A DNA stretch of 64,000 bases from Solirubrobacterales bacterium (GCA_019694145.1 JAIBCJ010000003.1:1736-65735); one strand, 5' to 3'. Numbered from the stretch's first letter, positions 45,301 through 53,910 are shown. Notes: a model not told the origin generated them from the sequence alone. Numbers and translations are program-made.

Positions 45301-46200
45301 GAGCACCGTTTCGACGGTGTCGGGGACCACGCAATCCGGCGCGGCAGGAGCGTTGCCCGGGTTGATCGCGCCCGAGCCGGGGTACTCCTCCGCGCTGCCC
45401 GGGTTGGTCGGCGCGTCGGTCGTGTTGTCCTGGGTGCCACAACCGAGGAACTCGAGGCCGGCCGGCAGGTAATCCTCGACCTTCACGTTGTCGTCGGCAT
45501 CGACCTCGTTGTTGGTGACGGTCAGCGTGTAGACGGTCTGGTGGTCGTGCAGACCCCGGAGCAGCTGCCCCTCCGGGGAGGGCTCGGACTTGTCGATCTC
45601 GATCGCCTTGATCAGCGTGTTGGCCGAAGCGGTCGCCGAGCCCGTGTACGAAGTCTCCTGAGGCAGGCCTGAACAGGTGGCGTTTCCGCCGCTCTGGGTC
45701 GGCTGGCCCTGGGCGTTGAACTTCGGCACGTAACGCGGGTCACAGTTCAGATAGCTGCCGGCCGTGTTCTGGTAGGTGTCGCCGATGTCGAAGACCGCCG
45801 GGCTGTTGGTGACCTGAAAAGTGAAGGTGAAGGTCGAATTGGGGGTGAGATCGGCGACGTTTGACCAGATCAGCGTGGTCTGCCCGGCAGCGGGGGCGTT
45901 CGCGATCACCTGTGGCTCGCCGGTGCTGGACGGTGAGGAACCGGGGACGTAACTGATCCCCGGCGGGAGAACGTCCCGAAAGCTGAGGTTGTAGCCGGTC
46001 GGCTGGCCGTTCGGGTTCGAGGCGGTAAGGGTGACGTTCGAGTTACCCCCGAGCAGAACGGATCCGCTGGTGGTCTTGGACATCGAGATGTTCGGGTAGC
46101 CGGCGGCCTCGGCCCGGGCCGGACCGAACATCATCAGGGCGCCGAGCAGGAGAGCCAGCGCGATCAGTATTCCCCGTGTCTTCTGATTCCCCGTCGTCAT
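39370..46200 (-). CDS. Giant (2276 aa) exported surface protein with at least eight DUF11-type repeat domains and two C-terminal Ig-like basic domains
   Basis: Start ATG 46200 with signal peptide MTTGNQKTRGILIALALLLGALMMFGPARAEA. Recurrent motif Y-x-[LI]-x-V-T-N-x-G...V-x-D-x-LP-x-G (e.g. SYKLTVTNHGPSVARGVTVTDTLPENLTY). Tail repeats IVKATLRTRAGAPAIGLPVRIKG... and VLTVRLRTPEGRPAIGITVVARG... Confidence 0.85.
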   Translation of the reverse strand: MTTGNQKTRGILIALALLLGALMMFGPARAEAAGYPNISMSKTTSGSVLLGGNSNVTLTASNPNGQPTGYNLSFRDVLPPGISYVPGSSPSSTGEPQVIANAPAAGQTTLIWSNVADLTPNSTFTFTFQVTNSPAVFDIGDTYQNTAGSYLNCDPRYVPKFNAQGQPTQSGGNATCSGLPQETSYTGSATASANTLIKAIEIDKSEPSPEGQLLRGLHDHQTVYTLTVTNNEVDADDNVKVEDYLPAGLEFLGCGTQDNTTDAPTNPGSAEEYPGSGAINPGNAPAAPDCVVPDTVETVLNPSGLPAGVYTHVVWNNLGNLGPSGQLRIQYVAAVPIRQNTMTWTNGVPPVTGTQGSNLDNNSGPETTHLQGLTNHAKVTSDHQGPGGPTEVTDSEDHTVQAVDIRIVKSVTPAGLAVGQISTWSLAIATSEYRYFEDVEVSDTLGDGYCPLGPVNYEHTPPPATAECNPTGNNPSVPYTSAVEQTNGTWQITWDSSTAPALGTINPNSNLTISFPTKTREYFQQNYVNSTPVLSNDTGRNDVDIAGAAWVICAPGAPSPCPNLSPDKIDTDFTDGTVLDDDSDATQVGSGPSINKQVSPTVNGNCGSLNDYASGITPVASPGDTICWRLTMSFPNNLTTSNVFVGDYIPPGTTYVFNSTVALPSNTVGIFTGSPPQPDLFGTSGLRWALNDGGGEVQPGKVFDVVFATKVQRSTDSVDGDIEGNLMKAVYTNSDGTSFPLRDEEDFERSQPEISLLKGVYKVNGQPPAGNPPNVDGAVVDGGDDVTYRVDVTNDGSVNAINTQVWDILPPQVTCADVDAGSISNGGTCNAGQNRIEWSGLTVPATGNLTLTYTVEIPDGLSGGDVLNNTAGVREFASSSGSGPYVQVPENNIDPTLDPNANAPAAKDPSNVVIESSTTVKTRVTDINQPGNSPTTQATIGERINYTVTATIPQGTRLYGPTALVDNVSSRMTVVPLSASATLDNGTGGGPVPLPTAGLTLTQTGNVVKVDFPNPYSNPEHSGDDVIVLTFGAIVRDVYPTNYAQGNSTQYTMPNTGTLSWKDTNGTNRSASGSVNTTIVEPRISIDKTVDDDGPVSPNDLLNYTIQVSNGSAARVSTANNTVLTDKVPVGLTPANGGVPVADGGTVNPDGGIWNLATRTITWPTIPTINPGAITNITYQARVDNPAVGSDLLINHAQAATTSMPGTPTVERDSSTAAPGYLVSDEVPVEVSSPAIVKTGLPAQATIGQHVTVTVFASIAANLTNYDGTVEDDLPNGLIFDNYVSEECIEGCSGPVTISTLGVVPNGTGQRIGWWIGDVPAAPDSRVVALTYRAHVADQYQVPPGGPVLDGDALVNTATLLYNLTDKVTVPPTSPPDPSTFDRSLDDDHTTTVVEPDLALDKSVSGDDDQDDSRTTQPGDSYTFSIKVTNNGTSPAYDLTVTDQPDPALTNIQVNHSPVFEVPVLPVNSNDPIQWFIPGPIDPGESVTLTYTADLVPSAQLHNMQQVVNTAELPSYWGVSAGEREDPDNAGIDYREYEGNNDTVTMTVLVPTVTLDKTTGLPQFPDTGDAQTETPFPWRILITNPNTGSSLLGVDLTDTLPPNWTYVPNSAQITGTGTLTPGGQVNPTITQNPTGDVLVWSNIANLVGVQNAVVSFNAIPEPEAAIDPGLTNPHVNEAEAIGEDTSGATASGDGPYTDDDDATATLETPVTDIQIVKTADDPAPTAGTNTTWTLVVKNNGPKVSPDVEVSDVLPAGLTYVSATSSQGTCAENPAGTMHCQIGQMNVDDEVTIHLTTAVGAGTVGQTLTNPADVDDPYIDDSNPANNHSEDDVIPTESADVGIGKSIDEPLFAGQTGSYKLTVTNHGPSVARGVTVTDTLPENLTYAGATTPVGSCSGSGQDFSCDLGDLDPGQTVVIDVSVNVLEGGEYTNCADVASPTPDPDGDNNHSCTTNPAENTDLAIEKTGPPYFPEGKNRNYTLLVTNVGDQPTGGTTTVTDRIPDVLRPEAAYGNGWSCAISGQKVTCTRSDVLEPGDSFPLITIRVVARENLLFRPIGNTGHVHLPGDPNPDNDQDTVRTKKGAICEGGSLALNPAFVWVGQKTIVKATLRTRAGAPAIGLPVRIKGNGKGGASGKLRILTTNGKGKVHFTARATSTEARWTVSVPQSHQKAVLAPKRQETCRAMNVTPRTIDINKTTVLTVRLRTPEGRPAIGITVVARGQGTGDSARTNGKGMARLRVRPNGQGYLVVTAPNATRCRFRIGASDLDAAGAGNQLTG

Positions 46201-46257
46201 TTCGCCAGTGTTCCGTCCCTGATCTGTTTTTCTGAACAATCCGTTTCCTGAACGCCT

Positions 46258-47103
46258 CTATTTAGGGTTACCCAGCGGTGCCGTCGTCCGAACCCGGTCG
46301 CGGAAAGTCGCGATCTCGGTGATCCCGTGTTCGTTCAGGAAGTCGATCCCTTCCCCGTACCGGAAGCCGATCTGGTCCGGCTCATGGGCGTCCGACGAAA
46401 GCGCGAAGACGGCCCCCGCCTCGACGCACATCTCCATGAACGCCGGGGCAGGGTAGATCTCCTCCACCCCCTTGCGCAGGCCCGCGGTCGATACCTCGAC
46501 GGCGATTCCGGTCTCCGCGATCGCTTCGATCGCCGGCTCGTACATGGTCCTCGGATCGACCGAGGGAAGGCGTCCGGCCCGGCCCCAGACCTTAACCAGG
46601 TCGGGATGGGCCAGGATGTCGAAGAGCCCGGAGCGGGCCGCGCTGGCGAGGGTCTCGAAGTAGCGGCGCCAGATTTCATCGGGATCCTGGCTGCCGTCCC
46701 AGATCGTGTAGTCCTCGGTGTCAAGCGAGTAGTCCCCGAGGAAGTGAACCGATCCGACCACGTAGTCGAAGGGGCGCGAGCCGAGCATCGACTCGAGCTT
46801 CTCCTCCGCCCCGACGATGAAATCACCCTCGATCCCGAGTTTGATCGGGCTGTCCCTGACCGCCTCGACGTACTGGTCGATGTCATCGATCGCCCATTCC
46901 TCCCAGAAGGGATGCCGCCAGACGGTCAAGGCCTCGGTGAAGCGGTACATGTGCTCGGCACAGCCGAGGTCGGTGACTCCGACCTGCCCCGCCGCTTCGA
47001 GGTAGCGCGCAATGTTTTCGGTCGTGAAGTGATCTTCCGCCCGGGCCGAGAGTTCGTCACCGCGCAGGTGGAGGTGATAGTCGGTTATCACTGGGTCGGT
47101 CAT
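46258..47103 (-). CDS. PHP-family phosphoesterase (HisJ-type histidinol-phosphatase-like)
   Basis: N-terminal DYHLHL metal motif and later His/Asp ligands (SVHF, AHPD, SSDAH). 4-nt overlap with ispD. Confidence 0.75.
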   Translation of the reverse strand: MTDPVITDYHLHLRGDELSARAEDHFTTENIARYLEAAGQVGVTDLGCAEHMYRFTEALTVWRHPFWEEWAIDDIDQYVEAVRDSPIKLGIEGDFIVGAEEKLESMLGSRPFDYVVGSVHFLGDYSLDTEDYTIWDGSQDPDEIWRRYFETLASAARSGLFDILAHPDLVKVWGRAGRLPSVDPRTMYEPAIEAIAETGIAVEVSTAGLRKGVEEIYPAPAFMEMCVEAGAVFALSSDAHEPDQIGFRYGEGIDFLNEHGITEIATFRDRVRTTAPLGNPK

Positions 47104-47771
47104 CGGCTTCTTTCGAGGAGGAGAGCGGCGAGTTCAAGGTCCGCGGGGACCGTGACCTTGATGTTGCCTGAAGGCGATTCGATCACGCCCACCGACCCCC
47201 CGACCGCCTCGACCAGCGAGGCGTCGTCGGTCGCCGCGGAAAGGTCCCCGGCCGCGATTGCCGCCTGGAGGTTCGGGATCCGGAAGACCTGTGGCGTCTG
47301 CACCGAGACCAGTTCGGAACGATCGAGGGTCTCGACCACGATGCCGTCCTCGCCGAGGCGTTTGACCGTGTCGGTCATCGGAGCCGCGGCGATCAGCGCG
47401 TGGAGCTCGGGGTCGGAGTCCAGGCCGATCACGGCGGCGTCGATCAGGGCCGGACTGACCAGCGGGCGGGCGGCATCGTGAACGACCACCATGCCGGGAT
47501 CACCGTCCGCGGTGATCGCCGCCAGACCGTTGGCAACCGAGTGGGAACGGGTCTCGCCCCCCTCCACCGTGATGATTCCCGGTTCCTCGAACTGGCCCGC
47601 CTGACCGGGCGGGACCGCAACGAAGATCCGGTCGATGCGGGTCGCCCGGCGAAATGCGTCGACCGACCACGCATAGAGCGGACGGCCGGACAGCTCGACC
47701 AGGGCTTTGGGCCCGCCGGCTCCGAGCCTTTGCCCGGAGCCGGCGGCCACGATCAATGCCGGCACCCCCAT
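47100..47771 (-). CDS. ispD: 2-C-methyl-D-erythritol 4-phosphate cytidylyltransferase
   Basis: VAAGSGQRLGAGGPKA nucleotide-binding motif. 223 aa. Confidence 0.9.
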   Translation of the reverse strand: MGVPALIVAAGSGQRLGAGGPKALVELSGRPLYAWSVDAFRRATRIDRIFVAVPPGQAGQFEEPGIITVEGGETRSHSVANGLAAITADGDPGMVVVHDAARPLVSPALIDAAVIGLDSDPELHALIAAAPMTDTVKRLGEDGIVVETLDRSELVSVQTPQVFRIPNLQAAIAAGDLSAATDDASLVEAVGGSVGVIESPSGNIKVTVPADLELAALLLERSR

Positions 47772-47796
47772 CTCGGGGACCGTTCAGGCCGGCGGC

Positions 47797-48363
47797 CTAG
47801 GCCGCGGCGGCTGCCACCGAGGCTTCGTAGCGCTCTTCGAGCAGGCCGTCGAGGTAGCTTTCGGCTCCCTCTTCGTCCTTGTCGAGTGCGTACATGAACT
47901 CGGAGGCGAGGATCTTCTTGGCCCGGGTGTACATCTGCTTCTCACCGGTCGAGAGGCCCTTCTCCATCTCGCGAAGCGCGAGGTTGCGTACCACCTCGGC
48001 CAGCTCGAAGACGTCACCCGTCTTGATCTTTTCCTTGTTGTACTTGAACCGGCGGTTCCAGTTCTTCGGCATGTCGGAAACCTCGTCCGACAGCACCGAA
48101 ATGACCTTCTTGATTTCGTCCTCGTCGATCACCCGGCGCAGCCCGGCTTCGCCGGCCTTCGCGGTCGGGACCTTGACGGTCAGGTCGTTGTGCAGGATCT
48201 TGATCGTCAGGTACTCGCGGGTCTCGCCCATGAGTTCGGCATCGGCCTTCTTCAGAACAACGCCTGCTCCGTGGTGCGGATAGACGACCTTGTCGCCTTC
48301 CTCGAAATCGCACACGTACGGAGTCAGATCGAGATCTTCATCGGTCACTTCTTCGCCGTTCAC
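47797..48363 (-). CDS. carD: CarD-family transcriptional regulator
   Basis: CarD_CdnL_TRCF N-domain (GDKVVYPHHGAGVV...YLTIKILHNDLTVKVP). Confidence 0.9.
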   Translation of the reverse strand: MNGEEVTDEDLDLTPYVCDFEEGDKVVYPHHGAGVVLKKADAELMGETREYLTIKILHNDLTVKVPTAKAGEAGLRRVIDEDEIKKVISVLSDEVSDMPKNWNRRFKYNKEKIKTGDVFELAEVVRNLALREMEKGLSTGEKQMYTRAKKILASEFMYALDKDEEGAESYLDGLLEERYEASVAAAAA

Positions 48364-48422
48364 TGCCTCTGAATCGGAAATCAGATGCTCCTTTGTCTCT
48401 TAGCTGACGACTGAATGCGTCG

Positions 48423-49535
48423 TCATGTGTTCAAAAACCGGTCTGCCATCACGGACTCCTGAAGCCTCCGCACTCCTTCGCGGATCTCCTTGGCCCGGGC
48501 CGGGCCAACGCCGTCGACGGCGGCAAGTTCCTCGTCGCTGGCCGCGAGCGCGGCTTCGACGCTGCCAAAGTTCATGACGATCTTCTGGACCACGAGCCGC
48601 GGCAGGCGCGGAACGTGGCCGAGCATCCTGTAGCCGCGCGGTTCGGTGGCCAGGTCAAGCGTGTTGACCTTGCGGTCATAGCCGAGCAGTTCGGCCAGGC
48701 GGCCGAAGTCGAGCACGTCCTGATGCGGCAGGGCGGCCAGTTCCTCGAGCATGAACTGGACGTTCTCCTCGGTGTCCTCAACCGCGTAATCGCGCATCAG
48801 TGCGAGCCGCTCCGAAGCAACCCCGACCATGGTCTCCTCGAGCTGCATTTCGATCAGCCTGCCTTCGGTGCCGAGCTCGATCACGTATCGCTCGACCTCG
48901 GTCGCCATCCGGGAAACCAGCTCCGAGCGCTGCAGCACCATCAGTGCGTCGTAGAGGACGGCGCCGCCGACGAATTCGGCCCGGGTCAGGCGGCTCGAGA
49001 GCTCGTCGAGCCGGGTCCGGTACTTGGTCAGCGTGGCGAGGGCCTGATTGGACTTGGCCAGCACCGCGGGAATGTCCTGAAGGATGTACTTGACCCCTTC
49101 GAGATAGAGCGAGACCACTTCCCGCCGTTCCGAGATCGCGATGACCAGGGCATCGACCTGCTTCGAGATCCGTTCGGCGGTGCGATGGCGGGTGCCGGTC
49201 TCCGAGGAGTGGATGGTCGGGTCGGGCATCATCTGGACGTTGGCCCAGGTGATCTTGCTGCCGTCGGCGTTGACCAGGATCGCCCCGTCCATCTTCGCCA
49301 CCTGGTAGAGCATCGCCGGCGTGTAGTCGATGTCCAGCTTGATGCCACCGGAAAGCATGAAGGCGAAGTCCTCGGTTTCCCCGACCACGATCAGACCGCC
49401 GGTACGGGCGTGGAGGATGTTGTCGATCCCTTCCCTCAGCTCGGTGCCGGGGGCGACGGCGTCAATCGCGCGCAGCAGTCTGGGATCCTGACGTTCAGAC
49501 AGATGTGCCAGATCACTCTCTACCGCTGGTGACAT
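48423..49535 (-). CDS. disA: DNA integrity scanning protein DisA (diadenylate cyclase)
   Basis: DAC domain motifs DGAILV and GTRHRTAERIS. C-terminal HhH region. Confidence 0.92.
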   Translation of the reverse strand: MSPAVESDLAHLSERQDPRLLRAIDAVAPGTELREGIDNILHARTGGLIVVGETEDFAFMLSGGIKLDIDYTPAMLYQVAKMDGAILVNADGSKITWANVQMMPDPTIHSSETGTRHRTAERISKQVDALVIAISERREVVSLYLEGVKYILQDIPAVLAKSNQALATLTKYRTRLDELSSRLTRAEFVGGAVLYDALMVLQRSELVSRMATEVERYVIELGTEGRLIEMQLEETMVGVASERLALMRDYAVEDTEENVQFMLEELAALPHQDVLDFGRLAELLGYDRKVNTLDLATEPRGYRMLGHVPRLPRLVVQKIVMNFGSVEAALAASDEELAAVDGVGPARAKEIREGVRRLQESVMADRFLNT

Positions 49536-49552
49536 TCAGAGAATTATGCCAG

Positions 49553-49641
49553 ATTCGGCTTTCTAATGCGGTCTGGCGTGGTTCCGGGCGCTCTTTTGCG
49601 GGGGTTGTGACCGGCCCTCAATCCGCTCCGGAAAGCCGAAT
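49553..49641 (-). other. Long-range inverted repeat / candidate structured element in the radA-disA spacer
   Basis: ATTCGGCTTTC (49553..49563) pairs perfectly with GAAAGCCGAAT (49631..49641), enclosing 67 nt of GC-rich sequence. Confidence 0.25.
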
Positions 49642-49658
49642 TTAGCCTCGCCTGAAGA

Positions 49659-51071
49659 TCAGGCTGCGGCGGCCCGGGAATCGGCTGAACTTCCGGAAAA
49701 TGCGGCTTTCAGGGCCTGCTTCACGGTGGCGCAGGGAGCGAGCCCCGATAGCCGCTCTCCACCCCTTGGGCCGATCACCGGTTCGAGGCCGAATTTCGCT
49801 GCCTCGGCGACTCTGCGGTCGGCATGGGCGACGTACCTCAGGTCCCCGGTCAGGCCCAGTTCACCGAAACAGGCGAGCGGACGGCCATCAGGCCCGGAAA
49901 GGGTCTCGCCGCGCTGGGCCGAAGCGACCGCGAGCGCCACGGCGAGATCGGCCCCGGGCTCATCGATCCTCACCCCGCCGACCACGTTCACAAAGACGTC
50001 GGCCGTACCGAGACCCAGCCTCGCGTGCCGGGCCAGCACCGCAAGGATCATGCTGAGGCGGTTGCGGTCAATGCCGTTGACGACCCTTCGCGGAATCTCG
50101 AGTTCACTCGGGGAGACCAGAGCCTGCACCTCGACCAGCACCGGTCTGGTCCCTTCCATCGAGGCCAGAACCACCGACCCCTGGGCCCCGGTCGCTTCCT
50201 CGACGAAGCGGGCCGACGGATCCAGCACTTCGGTCAGGCCTCCCGAGCGCATCTCGAACACCCCGACCTCCGAGGTCGCCCCGAACCTGTTCTTAACCGC
50301 CCGCAGGGTGCGCCATGTACGTTCCCGTTCGCCCTCGAAGCGAAGCACGCAGTCGACCAGGTGTTCCAGCACCCTCGGCCCCGCCAGGCTGCCTTCCTTG
50401 GTCACGTGGCCGACCAGGATCACCGCCACTTCGAGCCGCTTGGCCTGCTCGGCGAGGGCGTTGGCCGCCTCCCTGACCTGCCCGACCGAACCGGGAGCGC
50501 CGCTCAATTCCGAACTGTGCATGGTCTGGATCGAATCGATCACGCAGACCGCCGGCCGCTCCGACTCGATCGTTCCCAGCACCACCTCCAGCGAGCTCTC
50601 GGCCAGCACCTTGACTTCCAGGGCCGCCGGCCCGAGCCGCTCGGCCCGCATCCGCACCTGCGCCGCCGATTCCTCACCGGAGACGTAAAGCGTTTCGATT
50701 CCCCCGGCCTGGAGGTTCGCCATCGCCATCCCGGTCAGGGTGCTCTTGCCGATTCCCGGCGAGCCGCCGAGCAGCACCAGTGACCCCGGAACCAGCCCGC
50801 CGCCCAGGACCCGGTCGAACTCGCCGATCCCGGTCGGGAACCGTTCGACCCGGGAAGCCCGTACATCCTTCAGCGGCAGTACCTGGCCGGCGGCGCCGGC
50901 CGCGAGGGCCCGGCCGTTGCCGGACTTGCCGCCGGGGGCCTTCGCTGCCGGCCTGGGCGCGGCCTGCTCGACCAGCGTGTTCCATTCCCGGCAATCCGGG
51001 CATTGGCCGGTCCAGGCCATCGCCACGTGACCGCAGCTCTGACAGACATGTTGTGAACGGATCCTGGCCAC
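49659..51071 (-). CDS. radA: DNA repair protein RadA/Sms
   Basis: N-terminal zinc finger CQSCGH...CPDC. Walker A GGSPGIGKST. C-terminal Lon-like domain. Confidence 0.92.
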   Translation of the reverse strand: MARIRSQHVCQSCGHVAMAWTGQCPDCREWNTLVEQAAPRPAAKAPGGKSGNGRALAAGAAGQVLPLKDVRASRVERFPTGIGEFDRVLGGGLVPGSLVLLGGSPGIGKSTLTGMAMANLQAGGIETLYVSGEESAAQVRMRAERLGPAALEVKVLAESSLEVVLGTIESERPAVCVIDSIQTMHSSELSGAPGSVGQVREAANALAEQAKRLEVAVILVGHVTKEGSLAGPRVLEHLVDCVLRFEGERERTWRTLRAVKNRFGATSEVGVFEMRSGGLTEVLDPSARFVEEATGAQGSVVLASMEGTRPVLVEVQALVSPSELEIPRRVVNGIDRNRLSMILAVLARHARLGLGTADVFVNVVGGVRIDEPGADLAVALAVASAQRGETLSGPDGRPLACFGELGLTGDLRYVAHADRRVAEAAKFGLEPVIGPRGGERLSGLAPCATVKQALKAAFSGSSADSRAAAA

Positions 51072-51195
51072 CTGATGAGAGTAAGGACGGGAGAGGACGC
51101 TTTCGCCCCCCGGGACAAGCCGAAACTCAGCTCAAGGCAACATCTGCGGCAAATCCGCAGGTTCTCCGGCGAGACGCATCAATATCCTTCGGACC

Positions 51196-51573
51196 ATGTT
51201 CTGGACCGTCCTGTTGTTCCTCCACGTAGTCGCCATGGCTTTCTTCCTCGGCGGGCAGATCATGCTGGCCTTCACCGTCGTGCCGGTGATGCGGGCCGAA
51301 CCGGCCCAGCCCGAGCGGATCAAGCAGATCGCGCAGCGCTTCGGGGTCGGTTCCCTGATCGCGCTCGGCGTGCTGCTGATCACCGGCATGATGATGGCCT
51401 CCCATTTCCAGCTCTGGGACTACGGGCCTTTCCAGGTCAAGATGACCCTGGTCATCGCCACCATCGTCGCGGTCCTGATCCACACCCTGCGCGGTAACAG
51501 CCACGTGCTGATGGGAATCACCTTCCTGCTGACCCTCGCGACGGTCTACGCCGGAGTGAACCTGACCCACTGA
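51196..51573 (+). CDS. Small 4-TM membrane protein (CopD-like, tentative)
   Basis: 125 aa with four hydrophobic helices (FLHVVAMAFFLGGQIMLAF...). Confidence 0.55.
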   Translation: MFWTVLLFLHVVAMAFFLGGQIMLAFTVVPVMRAEPAQPERIKQIAQRFGVGSLIALGVLLITGMMMASHFQLWDYGPFQVKMTLVIATIVAVLIHTLRGNSHVLMGITFLLTLATVYAGVNLTH

Positions 51574-51591
51574 TTTCCCCCGGACCGGATC

Positions 51592-51634
51592 GAGAAGGCC
51601 AAAGTGAGCGCTATGTGGCCACTTTTGCCTTCTC
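51592..51634 (+). terminator. Hairpin after the 51196..51573 gene
   Basis: 15-bp stem with one mismatch: GAGAAGGCCAAAGTG / CACTTTTGCCTTCTC. Confidence 0.5.
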
Positions 51635-51679
51635 GGTGACAACCGGGCGGGATCGACGGGTTGATAGCTTCACGGGTCC

Positions 51680-52021
51680 ATGAGCACCTCTGAAGACCTT
51701 TCCCCTCAGGCACCTGGCGGTGCCCGCGAAATCCGCTTCCTCAACATCATCGCCGGGGTCGCGATCCTCGACTTCCTGCTGCTGATCCCGCTGGTCTGGG
51801 CCTCGCGCTGGTTCGCCGACAAGCACGACATCGTCTCGGTGCTCGGGCCGATCCACGGCTTCTTCTTCGTGGTCCTGATCGGGCTCTGCGCCTACGGGTC
51901 ACTCGAGAAGTGGTGGGGCTGGTGGTTCCCGATCCTGACCCTGGTCACCGGCGGAGCGATCGGCTCCCTGATCGGTGACCTGGTCGTTCGGCGCCAGCTC
52001 AGGGAGAAGGCGGCAGCATGA
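51680..52021 (+). CDS. DUF3817-like small membrane protein
   Basis: 113 aa, three to four TM segments. ATGA overlap with pepF. Confidence 0.6.
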   Translation: MSTSEDLSPQAPGGAREIRFLNIIAGVAILDFLLLIPLVWASRWFADKHDIVSVLGPIHGFFFVVLIGLCAYGSLEKWWGWWFPILTLVTGGAIGSLIGDLVVRRQLREKAAA

Positions 52022-53838
52022 GCGATTCCGACACCGCCCTGGCCGAAGTCACCTGGAACCTCGACGACCTGCTCGAAGGCGACCACGCCGACCCGGAGGC
52101 AGCGGTCACGGCGCTGCTCGACGAAGCGGAGAAGGCTTCGGAGAAGTTCGCAGCCGAGTACGAAGGCAAGGTCTCCGAGCTGGACGGTCCCGGCCTGATC
52201 GTCGCCATGACCAAACTGGCCGACATCTCCGACCGGGCCGGCCGGGCGCTCAACTACGCCCACCTGCGCTTCGCGGCCGACACCGCCGATCCGGCCAACG
52301 GGGCCCTGCTCCAGATGGGCTCGGAGCGGGCGACCCGGATCCAGACCCAGCTGCTCTTCTTCGACCTCGAGTGGGCCGCCCTCGATGACGAGGTGGCCGA
52401 AGCGCTGCTGGCCACACCGGGTCTCGAGTTCTGCGAGCACCACCTGAGAAACGAGCGCAAGTACCGCGACCATCTGCTGAGCGCCCCGGAAGAAAAGATC
52501 GTGACCGAACTCTCGGTCACGGGCGCCGGAGCCTGGTCCCGGCTCTTCGACGAGCTCACCTCGGCGATCCGGGTCAACCCGCCCGGCGGAGAGGAACCGG
52601 TCAGCCTCGACATCGCCCTTTCGGGGCTTCACAACCCCGACCGGGAAGTTCGCAAGGCGACGGCCGAGGCGGTGACCGAGTCGCTGGAACCCGGGCTAAG
52701 GACGCGGGCCTACGTCTTCAACACCCTGCTTCAGAACAAGGCGACCATGGACCGGCTGCGTGAGTATCCGCATTGGCTGGCCACACGCAACCTCAGCAAC
52801 GAAGCTTCCGACGAATCGGTCCAGGCCCTGGTCCAGGCGGTGAAGGGCCGCTACGACCTCGCCCGTTCCTGGTACCGGACCAAGGCGAAACTGCTGGAAG
52901 TCGATCGTCTCGCCGACTACGACCGCATGGCGGCGATCGCCACCGATGACGTGACGATCGAGTGGGAGGAAGGCCGCCAGATCGTCCAGAGCGCCTTCGA
53001 TTCGCTTGCCCCGCAGGCCGGTGAGGTCGTGGGACGCTTCTTCGAGGACCGCTGGATTGACGCGCCGCCGGCCCCGAGCAAGCGAGGCGGCGCCTTCTCG
53101 GCTTCGACGGTGCCTTCGGTTCATCCCTACGTGATGCTGAACTACACCGACCGGCGCCGGGACGTGCTCACGCTGGCCCACGAGCTCGGCCACGGCCTTC
53201 ACCAAGCGCTGGCGGCAAAGCAGGGCATCTTCCACCAGGACACGCCGCTGACCGTGGCCGAAACTGCTTCGGTCTTCGCCGAGGAACTGGTCTTCGGCCG
53301 GTTGCTGGCGGCCGAGAAGGATCCGGCTTCCCGGCTCGGCCTGCTTTCCGAATCGGTCGAAGGCCAGATCGCGACGATCTTCCGGCAGATCGCCATGAAC
53401 CAGTTCGAGGACGCGGTCCACACCGCCCGCCGCGAGGAAGGCGAGCTTTCGGTTGAGCGGTTCGGCGAGCTCTGGGCCGCGACCCAGGAGGATCTGCTCG
53501 GAGATTCCGTCGAAGTGACCGACGGCTACCGCTCCTGGTGGTCGTATGTGCCCCACTTCATCGGGTCCCCCGGTTACGTCTACGCCTACGCCTACGGCCA
53601 GCTGCTCGCGCTCTCGGTCTACCGCCTCTACGAGGAACAGGGCGAAGCGATCGTGCCCGGTTATCTGGAGATGCTGACCGCCGGCGGCTCCCGTTCCCCA
53701 GAGCAACTCGGGGCGCTGGTCGGGGTTGATCTCAGTGACCCCTCGTTCTGGGACAACGGATTGGATCTGGTGGCAGGACAGATCGACGCAGCGCAGGACG
53801 CAGCAGAAGAAGTGCTTCGGGCCCGAAGCCAGGGTTGA
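52018..53838 (+). CDS. pepF: M3-family oligoendopeptidase F
   Basis: Zinc motif HELGHGLH. About 600 aa, typical of M3B peptidases. Confidence 0.85.
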   Translation: MSDSDTALAEVTWNLDDLLEGDHADPEAAVTALLDEAEKASEKFAAEYEGKVSELDGPGLIVAMTKLADISDRAGRALNYAHLRFAADTADPANGALLQMGSERATRIQTQLLFFDLEWAALDDEVAEALLATPGLEFCEHHLRNERKYRDHLLSAPEEKIVTELSVTGAGAWSRLFDELTSAIRVNPPGGEEPVSLDIALSGLHNPDREVRKATAEAVTESLEPGLRTRAYVFNTLLQNKATMDRLREYPHWLATRNLSNEASDESVQALVQAVKGRYDLARSWYRTKAKLLEVDRLADYDRMAAIATDDVTIEWEEGRQIVQSAFDSLAPQAGEVVGRFFEDRWIDAPPAPSKRGGAFSASTVPSVHPYVMLNYTDRRRDVLTLAHELGHGLHQALAAKQGIFHQDTPLTVAETASVFAEELVFGRLLAAEKDPASRLGLLSESVEGQIATIFRQIAMNQFEDAVHTARREEGELSVERFGELWAATQEDLLGDSVEVTDGYRSWWSYVPHFIGSPGYVYAYAYGQLLALSVYRLYEEQGEAIVPGYLEMLTAGGSRSPEQLGALVGVDLSDPSFWDNGLDLVAGQIDAAQDAAEEVLRARSQG

Positions 53839-53910
53839 TCGACATCTGACCCGTCTTTTGCACCGGCGCTCTTTCCGGCGGACCGGCCGAAGGGTGCGAA
53901 AACATTGGAT

